Shown: positions 38,458 to 48,811, counted from the first letter of the stretch. The stretch is DNA of 64,000 nucleotides from an uncultured Armatimonadetes bacterium (GCA_963716175.1 OY970296.1:3072001-3136000); one strand, 5' to 3'. Notes: generated by a model not told the origin, from the sequence alone. Program-made: numbers and translations.

Positions 38458-40314
38458 CTACCGCCGCAGGTACTTGCGCTTCGTCTTCTTGCGGCCTTGG
38501 GTCAGCTTGCGCTCGTCGAAGATCCAGACGTCTGATCCGGGGGGACGCTGGTAGAAGCAGTGATAGGAGGCCAGGTCGGAGGCGACGATGCGCCGGACGG
38601 TGCGGCGCACCACGTTCACCTCGGCCCACAGGGTCATGAAGGACATGCCCTTCTTGTGGCCCGCGCCCGCGCGCTCCATGATCTGGAGCACCGACCACTC
38701 CTCTTTCAGCGCCTCCCGTCTGACCTTCAGCAGCTCCTTAACGCGCTCTTCGCTGAGCGCGACTAGCGGGTCGGTGTCGCCGGAGTAGGAAACGTTAAAC
38801 TCGTCTGGCACCGACCCCGGCGTGACCACGAAGACTGCACCCGGCCTCAGCTCGCGTGCGGCGTACCAGTCCCCCAGCTCGTAGAGCAGGGAGGTGGTGT
38901 AGCTCAGCCACACCGGGTAGGATTTCTTGGTCTCTTGGTCCACGAAGGTGGCGCACACCAGGTCGGACTCGGAAGGGTAGAAGCGGCGGTCGCAGACCCG
39001 CACCTTGAGGGTGCCCGCCTTCCAGTGATCGTAGAGCAGGATGTAGCGAAGCTGATCGGTGGGCTGCTGCTCGGGGCCGATCTCGATCTCCTGCTCCTCC
39101 CCGAAGTCCTCGTAGCGGGGATCGTGGACCCAGGAGCTCAGCACCGGCTCCAGCCCTTCATCGTCTAGCTCGGCATCGGTCTCATCCTCCCCGGTTACCA
39201 CCGGCACCGGGAGCAGAGCGGCGGGCACTTTGTCGGTGTGTTTGGGCATCATATCGGGCAGCGCCCAGGTCTGCCGGCCCACTCGCACGAAGCGGGAGTC
39301 GAGCCCGAGACCGGCCACCAGCGCGTCCACGGATTCCTGGAAGCGCCGAGACCCTGGGCTGTGCTCGAATACCGCCTCGGCAAGTGCGGTGGCGGGCTGC
39401 GGGTTCTTCCGGCGGCGCAGGTACTTGAACACCTCCTCCAGATCGGCCGGGGTGATGATGACCGGGCCCTCCGGCTCCTCTTCTTCGGCCCACTCCGCGC
39501 TTTCTTCTTTCTCAGCGCGGCGGGAGAGCCGCTTCAGCTCCTGCTGATAGCCTTCGACCGATTCCTGGAGAGCCCACATGGCGCCGGAGAGCATGAGCAA
39601 GCGCGCCTCCTGCCGACACTCTTGGAAGAGCTGAACCGGGTCCAGGTCACCCTCCCGCAGCCGCCAGATGACATAGGCCAGGATTCTGTTGGGAATCGGC
39701 TCCTCGCCGCGGCGGATCAGCTTCACCACCATGTCCACCGCCGGCTGGTCCGGGCTCATGCGAGTCTCGAGCAGGCTGTCCACCAGGGGCCGTACCGCCG
39801 CCGTTTCCAGGAAGAAGTTGCGCAGGAAGCAGCGCTCCGGGTCCCGCTCAGAGGCATCCAGCAGCCATTCGCTGAGCGCCCACAGACCATCGGGTGTCTG
39901 CCAGTACTTGGGCCGGCTGCGCAGCGTCTCCAGCAGCAGAGCATCGAAGAAGTCCACACTCCGCCGGTGGATCACCGCCATTTCGTTCTGCAGGGCCGCC
40001 AGTGACATGGGCTTGCCGTAGGAGCGCAGCGTGTACTCGATGGAGCCCTCGAAGGAGAGCTGGGTGGCGAGCCGCAAGGCCAGATTCCAGCGGCGGTCCT
40101 CCGTGTCAAAACGGTCGCTGTAGTAGAGGGTCTTGCGGATGAACTTGGGATGGAGGTTGACGATGTCTTCCAGGGCGTTCGCGATCTCGCGCGACTTGGC
40201 TGCCTGCCCCGTGTTCAGCATCAAGTCGAAGATCAGGTCTTCGAGGTACTGGACCGCGAAGGATTTTCGGACCTTTTCTGCCTTCTTGGTCTTCTTGGTC
40301 CCGGTGGTGGCCAC
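38458..40314 (-). CDS. Large hypothetical protein with several winged-helix (HARE-HTH / RNAP-delta-like) modules
   Basis: Repeated D.RF....RW.L-type ends (SDRFDTEDRRWNL, DGLWALSEW, DSRFVRVGRQTWAL, SDVWIF); acidic linkers; typical high-GC codon use. Confidence 0.7.
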   Translation of the reverse strand: MATTGTKKTKKAEKVRKSFAVQYLEDLIFDLMLNTGQAAKSREIANALEDIVNLHPKFIRKTLYYSDRFDTEDRRWNLALRLATQLSFEGSIEYTLRSYGKPMSLAALQNEMAVIHRRSVDFFDALLLETLRSRPKYWQTPDGLWALSEWLLDASERDPERCFLRNFFLETAAVRPLVDSLLETRMSPDQPAVDMVVKLIRRGEEPIPNRILAYVIWRLREGDLDPVQLFQECRQEARLLMLSGAMWALQESVEGYQQELKRLSRRAEKEESAEWAEEEEPEGPVIITPADLEEVFKYLRRRKNPQPATALAEAVFEHSPGSRRFQESVDALVAGLGLDSRFVRVGRQTWALPDMMPKHTDKVPAALLPVPVVTGEDETDAELDDEGLEPVLSSWVHDPRYEDFGEEQEIEIGPEQQPTDQLRYILLYDHWKAGTLKVRVCDRRFYPSESDLVCATFVDQETKKSYPVWLSYTTSLLYELGDWYAARELRPGAVFVVTPGSVPDEFNVSYSGDTDPLVALSEERVKELLKVRREALKEEWSVLQIMERAGAGHKKGMSFMTLWAEVNVVRRTVRRIVASDLASYHCFYQRPPGSDVWIFDERKLTQGRKKTKRKYLRR

Positions 40315-40492
40315 GCCCTGACCTCGCGCGAGAAACGTAAGAAACGTAGGCGAGCGGCGTTGCCTAGCACCCGCCGCTCCCCGTCGCATGGGCGCCGCCG
40401 CGCCCACGCCGTGCAGCAATATAGCACACCCCGGTTTGGGCGGTCAAGCGCCGGCGAGGGTCGGGTGCCGCCTCACGCGGGCGAATCGCAGC

Positions 40493-41396
40493 TCACTTCG
40501 CCCGGGGATGGGCCTGGTCGTAGACCTCTCGCAGCCGGCGGCGCGTGACGTGAGTGTAGATCTGGGTGGTGGAGAGGCTGGCATGCCCCAGCAGCTCCTG
40601 CACCGCCCGCAGATCGGCCCCGGCCTCCAGCAGATGGGTGGCGAAGGTGTGGCGCAGGGCATGGGGGCCGATGTCGTGCTGGGCGCAGGCCCGCAGCACA
40701 TGCCGGTGCACGATCCGGCGCGCGCCGCGGTCGGTGAGTGGTCCGCCGCGAGCGTTGACGAACAGATGACCCTCGCGCTGCCGGCCCGGTCGGCGTGCCA
40801 CCAGGTGAGGACGCGCCTGCTCCAGATCAGCGCGCCAGGGCGGCCTGGGCGGCCCGGCCCAGCAGCACGACCCGCTCCCTGCCACCCTTGCCCATGATGC
40901 GCAGCTCGGAGGCGCCCTCAGTCTGCGAGGCGGTAAGGCTCACCAGCTCCGAAACTCGCAAGCCGGTAGCATAGAGGGTCTCGAGCAGGGCGCGGTCCCT
41001 CAGCCCCAGGGGCTTGCTGGCATCGGGGGCGGCAAGCAGCTTCTCCAGGTCGCCGGGGTAGAGGAATTTCGGCAGCCTCCGGCGCTGGCGGGGAGTGGTG
41101 AGGCCGACGGTGGGATCGGAAGCGACTAGCTCTCGCACCCGCAGGTAGCGGTAGAGAGCGCGCAGCGCCGAGAGCTTGCGGGCGACGGAGGTGCGAGCAT
41201 AGCCGCGCCCGTACAAATCTGCCAGAAAGCGGCGGAGGTCAGGCGGCCGCACCTCTGACCATCCCTGCGCAAGGCCCTGTTCGCGCAGGAAGCGAGCGCA
41301 TTGCTGGAGGTCGTCGGCGTAACCTCGCAGCGTGGCGGGGGCCGCCCCTCGCGCCTCGCGCAGTTCGGTAAGGAAGGCGTCTATCTCGGGGTCCAT
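40493..41396 (-). CDS. xerC: Tyrosine recombinase XerC (frameshift near 40829)
   Basis: [72 protein letters not shown]. Confidence 0.9.
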
Positions 41397-41497
41397 GCCG
41401 GCTCGTGATCTCCGCGGAATGTTGCCATATCGGGCCGGTCTTGAGCTATCGGGTAGGTTGCACCTGAGGGCGCGGCGAAACAGCAGCCAGCGCAGCA

Positions 41498-41752
41498 GTG
41501 GAGGCCGGGTTGACGCGAGCTCTCGAGACGGTGGTGATCATTGTCGCCCTGTGCAGCCTCTGGCCCATCATCCTTGGCTACCAGTGGGCACAGGCGGCCT
41601 GGTACAAGCTCGGCCTGCTGGCGGTGGTGCTGGCCGCCATGGTCTGGGTCACCTCCCGGCGCATCTCCAGAATCCGAGCGGCCGCGGCCGAGGCCAGGCG
41701 CAAGCGGGATGAGGCCGAGCGCTCCGGCCGACCGCCCTGGCTGGGAGGCTAG
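41498..41752 (+). CDS. Small two-TM membrane protein
   Basis: Two hydrophobic helices and a basic tail; stop codon overlaps MITE copy 3. Confidence 0.6.
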   Translation: MEAGLTRALETVVIIVALCSLWPIILGYQWAQAAWYKLGLLAVVLAAMVWVTSRRISRIRAAAAEARRKRDEAERSGRPPWLGG

Positions 41753-41880
41753 AGCGCATTTCATAACCTACCTGCTGGCTGGCCGCACTACGCCCTCGCA
41801 TGAAATGCGCCTGCCACTGCCTGACGTTGTGCAGTGCTGTTTCGGGACCTCCCCAAGGGAGGTCCCGAAACAGCTTCTAG
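41749..41880 (+). mobile_element. 132-bp MITE-like element, copy 3
   Basis: Matches copies 1 and 2; CTAG at both ends. Confidence 0.8.
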
Positions 41881-42059
41881 CCACAGGCGCCCCAGCCGGC
41901 GCTGGAGTGCAAGGGCACCGCGGCCGTGTCCGGACTCCTCCCCAGTGCTGCTCATTGACGCGAGCCCCCAGAGCTGGCATTATTGGTATGCTTTTTCCTG
42001 CATACACGCTAGACACGTTGGGTATGCATCCACTAATGACGGGCTGTGAGGGAGGACCT

Positions 42060-42326
42060 ATGAACCAAACCCACGACCATGCATCACTAGGTGAGTTTTT
42101 CTACGGAGCTGTGACAGTCGGGGAGCGGGGCCAGGTGGTGATCCCATCCGACGCCAGGAAGCGCTTCGGCGTGGAACCGGGAGATAAGCTGCTGGTGTTC
42201 CGCCACCCGCACGCCCCCGGGCTGGTGCTGGCCCGGGTGGATGACGTGCAGGCCCTGCTGGCGCAACTACAGCAGATGGCCGACACCCTCTCGCACATCA
42301 CCGAAGACCATGACAAGGGCCGCTGA
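42060..42326 (+). CDS. AbrB/MazE/SpoVT family DNA-binding regulator
   Basis: FYGAVTVGERGQVVIP..ARKRFGVEPGDKLLVF; GGAGG RBS; upstream GTATGC-N8-GCATAC inverted repeat. Confidence 0.88.
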   Translation: MNQTHDHASLGEFFYGAVTVGERGQVVIPSDARKRFGVEPGDKLLVFRHPHAPGLVLARVDDVQALLAQLQQMADTLSHITEDHDKGR

Positions 42327-42356
42327 GCGCGCAGCGGCGAAGACCCGGAGGAGCAA

Positions 42357-43685
42357 GTGAGAGTACGGATCGCTCTGAGACGCCTTGCACTCGTACCAGC
42401 CTTGCTGATAGCTGCGGTCATCATCTTGGGCTGTGCGCGAGCACCCAGGAACGACAGCACCAGCAAGCAGCAGGAGCCAACGGGGGTGCCGGTGCAGACG
42501 GTCTCGACCCAGCTGGGCACGATGGTGGAGGAGGTGCCCGTCACCGGCACCATCAGCGCGCTGCGCAAGGCCGATATCACGGCCCAGATCTCCGGCCGCG
42601 TGCTGGAGGTGAAGGTGCGAGACGGAGACTCGGTGCGGGCCGGCGACGTGGTGGTCAGTCTGGATAAGGCGGAGCTGGCCAGCCAGGTGAACCAGGCCAG
42701 AGCCGGAGTGGTGGCCGCGCAGGCCAGGCTGGAGGCTGCGCGCAAGCGCTACGAGGTGGTGCGGCTCGGGGCCAGGTCCGAGGAGCGCGCCATGGCTGCG
42801 AGCCGCCTGGAGCAGGCGGAGGCCGCGCTCCGCCAGGCCGCGGCAGATCAAGATCGCATGCGCAAGCTGTTTCAGCAGGGCGCGGTATCGAAGCAGCAAG
42901 TCGAGGCCGCAGACACTGCCTATGACACCGCGCGGACGAATCGGGATAGCGCGCGGGATTCCCTCAAGCTGACCGAGATCGGGCCCCGCCCGGAGGAGAT
43001 CGAAGCCGCTCGTCAGGACGTGCAGGCGGCTCAGGCCGGGCTGGACCAGGCGCAGAGCGCCCTCGCCCAGGTGCAGGAGCTGTTGGGCTACACCACCATC
43101 CGTTCCCCGGTCACCGGCGTGGTCTACGAGCGGAATGTGGAACCCGGAGAGATCGCCTCCAGTGGTGGCGGCGGCAAACCGCTGCTGCGGGTGGCCGATC
43201 TCAGTTCTCTCTACCTGGAGGCCACGGTTCCGGAACGACTGGCGCACCAGGTGCATGCCGACCAGCGGGTGAAGGTCTCCCTGCAATCCCTGGGAGGCCG
43301 CAGCTTGGAGGGCCGGGTGCAGCGCCTGGTGCCGGTGGCCGACCCCACCAGCCGGGATTTCCTGGTGCGGGTGACCATTGCCGATCCCCAGGTGGCGCTG
43401 CGCCCAGGCGTGTTCGCCCAGGCCCGGATTCTGGTGCGGGAGCGCAGGGGAGTGGTAGTAGTGCCCAAGGAGGCCCTGGTCAGCCGGGGCGGGCGGCTGG
43501 AGGTGTTTCTGGTGCAGCAGGGCAAGGCCGTGGAGCGCCCGGTCGAGGTCGGGGTGACTGACCGGACGCAGGCGGAGATCCTCTCTGGGGTCAAGCCGGG
43601 CGACTCGGTGGTGGTGGTCGGCGCCCAGGCCCTGAAGAACGGCGACCTGGTGCGCGTGGGACGTGGGAGCCCCGGAGGTCAATAG
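42357..43685 (+). CDS. RND efflux periplasmic adaptor (membrane fusion protein)
   Basis: Lipobox-like ILGC, lipoyl halves ISGRV.EV.V.DGD.V.AGD and IRSPVTG.V, long coiled coil, LRPGVFA. Confidence 0.92.
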   Translation: MRVRIALRRLALVPALLIAAVIILGCARAPRNDSTSKQQEPTGVPVQTVSTQLGTMVEEVPVTGTISALRKADITAQISGRVLEVKVRDGDSVRAGDVVVSLDKAELASQVNQARAGVVAAQARLEAARKRYEVVRLGARSEERAMAASRLEQAEAALRQAAADQDRMRKLFQQGAVSKQQVEAADTAYDTARTNRDSARDSLKLTEIGPRPEEIEAARQDVQAAQAGLDQAQSALAQVQELLGYTTIRSPVTGVVYERNVEPGEIASSGGGGKPLLRVADLSSLYLEATVPERLAHQVHADQRVKVSLQSLGGRSLEGRVQRLVPVADPTSRDFLVRVTIADPQVALRPGVFAQARILVRERRGVVVVPKEALVSRGGRLEVFLVQQGKAVERPVEVGVTDRTQAEILSGVKPGDSVVVVGAQALKNGDLVRVGRGSPGGQ

Positions 43686-43688
43686 CCC

Positions 43689-46600
43689 ATGTGGTTGACC
43701 CGGGTATCCATCCTGCGGCCGGTCACCATTACCATGGTGGTGCTGGCCATCGTCGTGCTGGGGCTGGTCTCGCGTGACAAGCTGCCGGTTGACCTCTATC
43801 CCAAGATTGACATCCCCTATGTCACCGTGGTCGCGAGCTATCCCGGCACCGGCCCCCAGGAAGCCGAGACCCTGATCACCAAGCCCATCGAGGACGCGGT
43901 CAGCACTATCAGCGGGGTCAAGAACGTGACTTCCACCTCCGAGGAGGGGGTGTCTTGGGTCTCCGTCGAGTTCTACCTGGGGACCGACCTGAACACCGCG
44001 ACCAATGACGTGCGAGAGAAGGTGGACGGGGCGCGGATGGAGCTGCCTCGGGACATGGATCCGCCGGTGATCGAGAAGTTCTCCCTCACCGCGATCCCGG
44101 TGGTGGCCTTCTCCCTCTCCAGCCCCCGCCCCCCTCAAGAGCTCCGCCGCATCGCCAATGACGTGATCAAGGACCGGCTCGGCAAGCTTCGGGGAGTGGG
44201 GGCGGTGAGGATCGCGGGCGGGGATGTGCGGGAGATCCTGGTGGCGGTGAACAAGGCCAGCCTGGCCGGGTACCAGCTCACCATCAACGATATCGTCGCC
44301 GCCCTCCAGGCCACCAACCTCAACCTCCCGAGCGGGAGCGTGAAGGAGGACCGGCGGGAGTACGCGGTGCGGGCGGTCGGGGAGTTCCAGTCTCCGGACG
44401 AGATCCGGAGCGTGCGGCTCAGCACGCGCAGCGGAAAGACGATCTACCTGGCGGACATCGCCGCGGTCAGTGATACCGTGGCGGAGCGCCGGGGCTTTGC
44501 CCGGGTGGACGGCGTGGACAGCGTGGCGGTGACGGTGCTGAAGCAGTCGGACGCGAACACGGTACAGGTGTGCGACGCCACCCGGAATGAACTGATGAAG
44601 ATGACCGGCCAGACCTTCAACATCGAGGGCGCCGAGGTCAAGGGAGTGCCCGAGCCGGAGGGCTCCCTCCAGGCGATCTGGTTCCGGATTCGCCCGCCCA
44701 GGCCGGTGGTCAGAGCCGCGGGGGTGTTGCCCCGGGACATCGCGGCTCGGATCACGGAAGATCAGTCCACCTTCATCCGCCAGAGCCTGTCGGATGTCCA
44801 GCACCACCTCATCCTGGGGTCGCTGTTCGCGGTGCTCATCGTCTTCATCTTCCTCCACAACTTCCGCGGCACCATCATCGTGGCGCTGGCCATCCCCACC
44901 TCCATCATCGCCGCCTTCACTCTCCTGCTGATCGCGGGATTCTCCGTGAACATGATGACGATGTTGGCGCTCTCGTTGTGCGTCGGGATTCTGGTGGACG
45001 ACTCGATCGTGGTGATCGAGAACATCTACCGGCACCTGCGCCTGGGGGAGGAACCGCGCCAGGCCGCGCTCAGCGGCCGGACGGAGATCGGCCTGGCCGC
45101 CATCACCATCACCCTGGTGGACGTGGTGGTATTCGTGCCCATCGCCTTCATGGGCGGGATCGTGGGGCAGTTCTTTCGCCAGTTTGGTCTGACGGTGGCG
45201 TTCGCCACCCTGTTCTCGCTGTTCGTGTCCTTCACCCTGACCCCCATGCTCAGCTCCCGCTGGTTCCGCAAAGCGGAGGTGGTGCCGGGCGACGAGGAGG
45301 CCGAATCCGGACCCGCGCCGGGCCTCTTCGGGCACCTGTTCCACGGGTTTGACCGGACCTACGTCGCCTTCCGGGAATGGTACCGCCGCCTCCTGGGATG
45401 GGCCCTCGATCACCGGCTGGTGACGGTGCTGATCGGTGTGGTCTCACTGCTGGCGTGCGTCGCGATTGCGATTCCCAAACCGACCGCGGCGATGCTGGTT
45501 CAGGGGCTGATGAAGGCAGGGCGGGCGGCAGCTCCGATGGCAGGGCTCGGGGTGCTGCTCCTGGGCCTGGCGAAGCTGCTGTCACGGCTTCGCGGGCGGG
45601 GCGTCGGCATCGCCGCGAGGGTGGTGCGGGTGCTCGCGGTCGTCATCGCAGTCATTGCCTTGCTTGGAGTGTGCGGCGGGCTGGCCGGTGGCGGGGCGCC
45701 GAAAGCCGCGGCCGGGGTGCTGGTGCTCGCCCTCAGCGCGGTCGGCGCCGCGTTCGGGGGCAGAGGGGGCCGGGTCCCGATGATGGCGGTGGGCGCGGCG
45801 GCCGTGGTGGTGGCGCTATTCGCGGTCAAGCCGCTCGGCGTGGAGTTCTTCCCCCGGGTGGACCAGGGCCGCATCAGCGCCACGGTGGAGCTGCCAGCCG
45901 GCTCCTCCCTGCTGGCGACTGACCGGGTGGTGCAGGAGATTGAGTCACACCTGCGCGATGAGAAGCGCTTCCCCGAAGTGGACACTGTTTTCGCCGATGT
46001 GGGCGGCTCGAATGTCGCCAACGCCACCGTCCGCGTGGTGCTGGTGGACAAGACGAAGCGGAAGCGATCAGACCTGGAGATCGTGGAGGCGGCGCAGCAG
46101 TTCGCCCGCGATATCCCGGGGGCCAAGGTGAAGACGACGGCCTATGAGAGCATGGGAGGGCCGGGCCAGGCGCCCGTCTCCATCGAGCTGACCGGCAGCG
46201 ACACCAACGAACTGGTCAAGCTGGCCGCGTCGATCGAGAAGAAGGTGGCGGAGGTGCCCGGGACACTCAACGTGGACACCACCTGGCGGGTCGGCAAGCC
46301 CGAGGTCCGGGCGGCGGTGGACCGGGACCGCGCGGCCGACCGGGGGGTAAGCACCTACCAGGTCGCCAGCGCCTTGCGCACCAGCCTGGAGGGAGACACC
46401 AGCACCAAGTTCCGCGATGGTTCCTATCAGTACGATGTGCGGGTGCGCCTGCGCGAGTTGGACCGCCAGAGCTTGGGCGAAGTGGCGAACCTGATCGTGG
46501 GCTATAACAGCGGCGCGATCTACCTGGGAGATGTGGCCGACGTTTCCCTCGCCACCGGGCCCACGAAGATTGACCGCAAGAACCGCCAGCGGATGGTGGC

Positions 46601-47285
46601 GGTGCAGTCGGACCTGGAGCGGGGATTCGCTTCCGCAAATGCCGAAGGCGCGATCAAGAAGGCGATTGCTAACGTGCCCCTGGGCAACGTCTCGCTGCAG
46701 TTCGGCGGCGAGAGCGCGGAGCGCGAGGAGTCGTTCGGCAACGTCCAGGGGGCGCTTCTCCTGTCGGTGGTGCTGATCTACATCCTGATGGCGGCGCTCT
46801 TCGAGGGGTACCTGAGCCCGTTCATCATCATGTTCGCGCTGCCCATGGCGCTGGTGGGGGCGCTGCTGGCGATCATCGTTACGGGCAAGACGCTGAGCCT
46901 GGTGACGATGATCGGCATCATCATGCTCATGGGCCTGGTGACCAAGAACGCCATCCTGCTGGTGGACTACACCAACACCTTGCGCGCCCGCGGCCTGGAC
47001 CGCCGCGCCGCCCTGCTCGAGGCCGGCCCCACCCGGCTCCGCCCCATCCTCATGACTACCCTGGCGATGATCTTCGGCATGGCCCCCATCGCCCTCGCGG
47101 TGGCCCGGGGTGGGGAGTGGCGGGCCCCCATGGCGATCGCGGTGATCGGGGGCCTCCTCCTGTCCACCATGCTGACGCTGCTGGTGATCCCGGTGCTGTA
47201 CACCGTCTTCGACAGCGTGGCGGCCGTCCTCACCGCCAGGCTGCGCGGCCTGCTGGGGCGGCTCGCCCCTCGCAGCCAAGGCTAG
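43689..47285 (+). CDS. RND efflux permease (AcrB/SwrC-like) with an extra hydrophobic insert
   Basis: ILRPV, GILVDDSIVVIENI, LVTKNAILLVDY, RLRPILMTT. Confidence 0.95.
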   Translation: MWLTRVSILRPVTITMVVLAIVVLGLVSRDKLPVDLYPKIDIPYVTVVASYPGTGPQEAETLITKPIEDAVSTISGVKNVTSTSEEGVSWVSVEFYLGTDLNTATNDVREKVDGARMELPRDMDPPVIEKFSLTAIPVVAFSLSSPRPPQELRRIANDVIKDRLGKLRGVGAVRIAGGDVREILVAVNKASLAGYQLTINDIVAALQATNLNLPSGSVKEDRREYAVRAVGEFQSPDEIRSVRLSTRSGKTIYLADIAAVSDTVAERRGFARVDGVDSVAVTVLKQSDANTVQVCDATRNELMKMTGQTFNIEGAEVKGVPEPEGSLQAIWFRIRPPRPVVRAAGVLPRDIAARITEDQSTFIRQSLSDVQHHLILGSLFAVLIVFIFLHNFRGTIIVALAIPTSIIAAFTLLLIAGFSVNMMTMLALSLCVGILVDDSIVVIENIYRHLRLGEEPRQAALSGRTEIGLAAITITLVDVVVFVPIAFMGGIVGQFFRQFGLTVAFATLFSLFVSFTLTPMLSSRWFRKAEVVPGDEEAESGPAPGLFGHLFHGFDRTYVAFREWYRRLLGWALDHRLVTVLIGVVSLLACVAIAIPKPTAAMLVQGLMKAGRAAAPMAGLGVLLLGLAKLLSRLRGRGVGIAARVVRVLAVVIAVIALLGVCGGLAGGGAPKAAAGVLVLALSAVGAAFGGRGGRVPMMAVGAAAVVVALFAVKPLGVEFFPRVDQGRISATVELPAGSSLLATDRVVQEIESHLRDEKRFPEVDTVFADVGGSNVANATVRVVLVDKTKRKRSDLEIVEAAQQFARDIPGAKVKTTAYESMGGPGQAPVSIELTGSDTNELVKLAASIEKKVAEVPGTLNVDTTWRVGKPEVRAAVDRDRAADRGVSTYQVASALRTSLEGDTSTKFRDGSYQYDVRVRLRELDRQSLGEVANLIVGYNSGAIYLGDVADVSLATGPTKIDRKNRQRMVAVQSDLERGFASANAEGAIKKAIANVPLGNVSLQFGGESAEREESFGNVQGALLLSVVLIYILMAALFEGYLSPFIIMFALPMALVGALLAIIVTGKTLSLVTMIGIIMLMGLVTKNAILLVDYTNTLRARGLDRRAALLEAGPTRLRPILMTTLAMIFGMAPIALAVARGGEWRAPMAIAVIGGLLLSTMLTLLVIPVLYTVFDSVAAVLTARLRGLLGRLAPRSQG

Positions 47286-47457
47286 GGGGTGGCATCAGGG
47301 CCCCGCCGGCCTCGGCCTGGCGCAACCTGGCGTGAACCGGGTGTCTCGCGCCCTCGGGCCGGAAGGCGCACGCAGTGTTAACAAAGCCTCTGTTACGTGG
47401 TAAACTCGTTTCTGGTAGCAGTACGGGGCGGCGGGGTCGGATAGTGGAGGGAGTTAC

Positions 47458-47928
47458 GTGAAGCAGACGGTGAGCGCGCCCGTGGCGGTGCTGGTGATCT
47501 TTCTGGCGGCGGTGGCTTTCGCCGCGGTTTTTCACAATGCGCGGCTGGCGCCGCCGGAGCAAGCTCCGATCGCGATGCCCCCAGAGCCCCCAGTGAACGA
47601 CCGAGAGGTGGTCACGGCGCGGCAGGGCCTCAAGCCCCTGGGGCTGGTGGCGGTGCTGCCGCCCTTAATGGAGGACCGCAGGCAGGGGGTGCGGGTGGCC
47701 GGCGTGCTGCCCGGGAGCCCGGCGGATCGGGCCGGGATCAAGGCGGGAGACCGGATTGATAGCTTCGACCAGCATCGGGTGGCCCACCCCATGGCGCTGG
47801 CGCGGGCAATCACCCAGGTGAAGCCCGATCAGGTCAGTGAAATGGTGGTGCTGCGGGCCGGCAAGAACCTTACCTTGAAGGTTACGGGGATTCATGCCCT
47901 GCCGCCGGAGGAGAGGCCGCACTACTAG
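47458..47928 (+). CDS. Membrane-anchored single PDZ domain protein
   Basis: GVRVAGVLPGSPADRAGIKAGDRI. Confidence 0.85.
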   Translation: MKQTVSAPVAVLVIFLAAVAFAAVFHNARLAPPEQAPIAMPPEPPVNDREVVTARQGLKPLGLVAVLPPLMEDRRQGVRVAGVLPGSPADRAGIKAGDRIDSFDQHRVAHPMALARAITQVKPDQVSEMVVLRAGKNLTLKVTGIHALPPEERPHY

Positions 47929-48030
47929 CGGGGTGGGCGCGCGGCGGGGTCCCTGACCTCAGAGGCCGGGAGGGTGCCGTACCGGACCCAGCCATCAGGA
48001 GACCCCACCCGATAGCGGAGAGGAAGTGCC

Positions 48031-48516
48031 ATGAAACCGAAAGGTCAGCGACAGGACGTTGCTTTCCTGGCTCTGGCGGTGGCTGTGCTGGCGATCGCGG
48101 TGGCGCTCTTCGTGGGGGTGCGCGCGCTGCCGGGGTTGAGGGCGCGCCGGGCACCGGCGCCGCCGCCCCCGCCGGTGGCGAAGCCGGCGCCGCCCCCGGC
48201 GCAGCCGCCTGGATCACGCAGCCACGATCCGTTCAAAGGCAAGCCTGCTGCCGTCACTCCCGGAGCGGCGGCCAAACCGTCGCCGGAGTTGGAGTTGAAG
48301 CTGGTGGGGATCGTGCGAGGCCGGGAGCCCCTGGCCGTGATCCGGCGGGGCAATCGGCGCTATTACGTCAAGCGGGGAGATCAGGTCAGCGGGTATCTGC
48401 TCACCGAGATCGGGGAAAGCCGGGCTGTCCTCGCCAAAGGGACGGAGCAGGTGACGCTGAAGCTGCCTGCGCCCAGCCTGGAAGAGGGAACGGTGACTCG
48501 CAGCTCATCCCGGTGA
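48031..48516 (+). CDS. TM + Pro linker + GspC-HR/PilP-like beta domain protein
   Basis: DPF, LKLVGIV, AVI, YYVKRGDQVSGY.LTEI...AVL. Confidence 0.7.
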   Translation: MKPKGQRQDVAFLALAVAVLAIAVALFVGVRALPGLRARRAPAPPPPPVAKPAPPPAQPPGSRSHDPFKGKPAAVTPGAAAKPSPELELKLVGIVRGREPLAVIRRGNRRYYVKRGDQVSGYLLTEIGESRAVLAKGTEQVTLKLPAPSLEEGTVTRSSSR

Positions 48517-48529
48517 GCGGGGAGAAGCG

Positions 48530-48811
48530 ATGGCAGACGAGCGGGAGTTCGACGTCATATACACTAACCTGGTGCGCATCACCCATGTGGCGCTGGAGTT
48601 CCTGGTAGACTTCAAGCGGCTGGGGCCAGAGAACCGGGAGGTCGAGTCCGCGCCTACCCAGGTGCGGATTGTAATGCATCCAGTGATTGCCAAGGCCTTG
48701 CGCGATGCGCTGTCGGAGAACGTGCGGCGCTATGAGCAGCAGTTCGGCGAGATTCCGGCGCCGTCCTCGGGGGCGGGGCCGGTGGTGCATGCAGGACCGG
48801 AGGTGCATTGA
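48530..48811 (+). CDS. DUF3467 family protein
   Basis: YTNLVRITH..LEF.VDF, RIVMHP..AKAL..AL.ENV.RYE..FGEI. Confidence 0.85.
   Translation: MADEREFDVIYTNLVRITHVALEFLVDFKRLGPENREVESAPTQVRIVMHPVIAKALRDALSENVRRYEQQFGEIPAPSSGAGPVVHAGPEVH

Noticed and set aside
40493-41396. Prophage or integron integrase
   Set aside because: Typical chromosomal XerC motifs, no integron-specific insert, and no att/attC array or phage genes nearby
42267-45413. 1048-aa minus-strand ORF
   Set aside because: Shadow of the RND adaptor and permease
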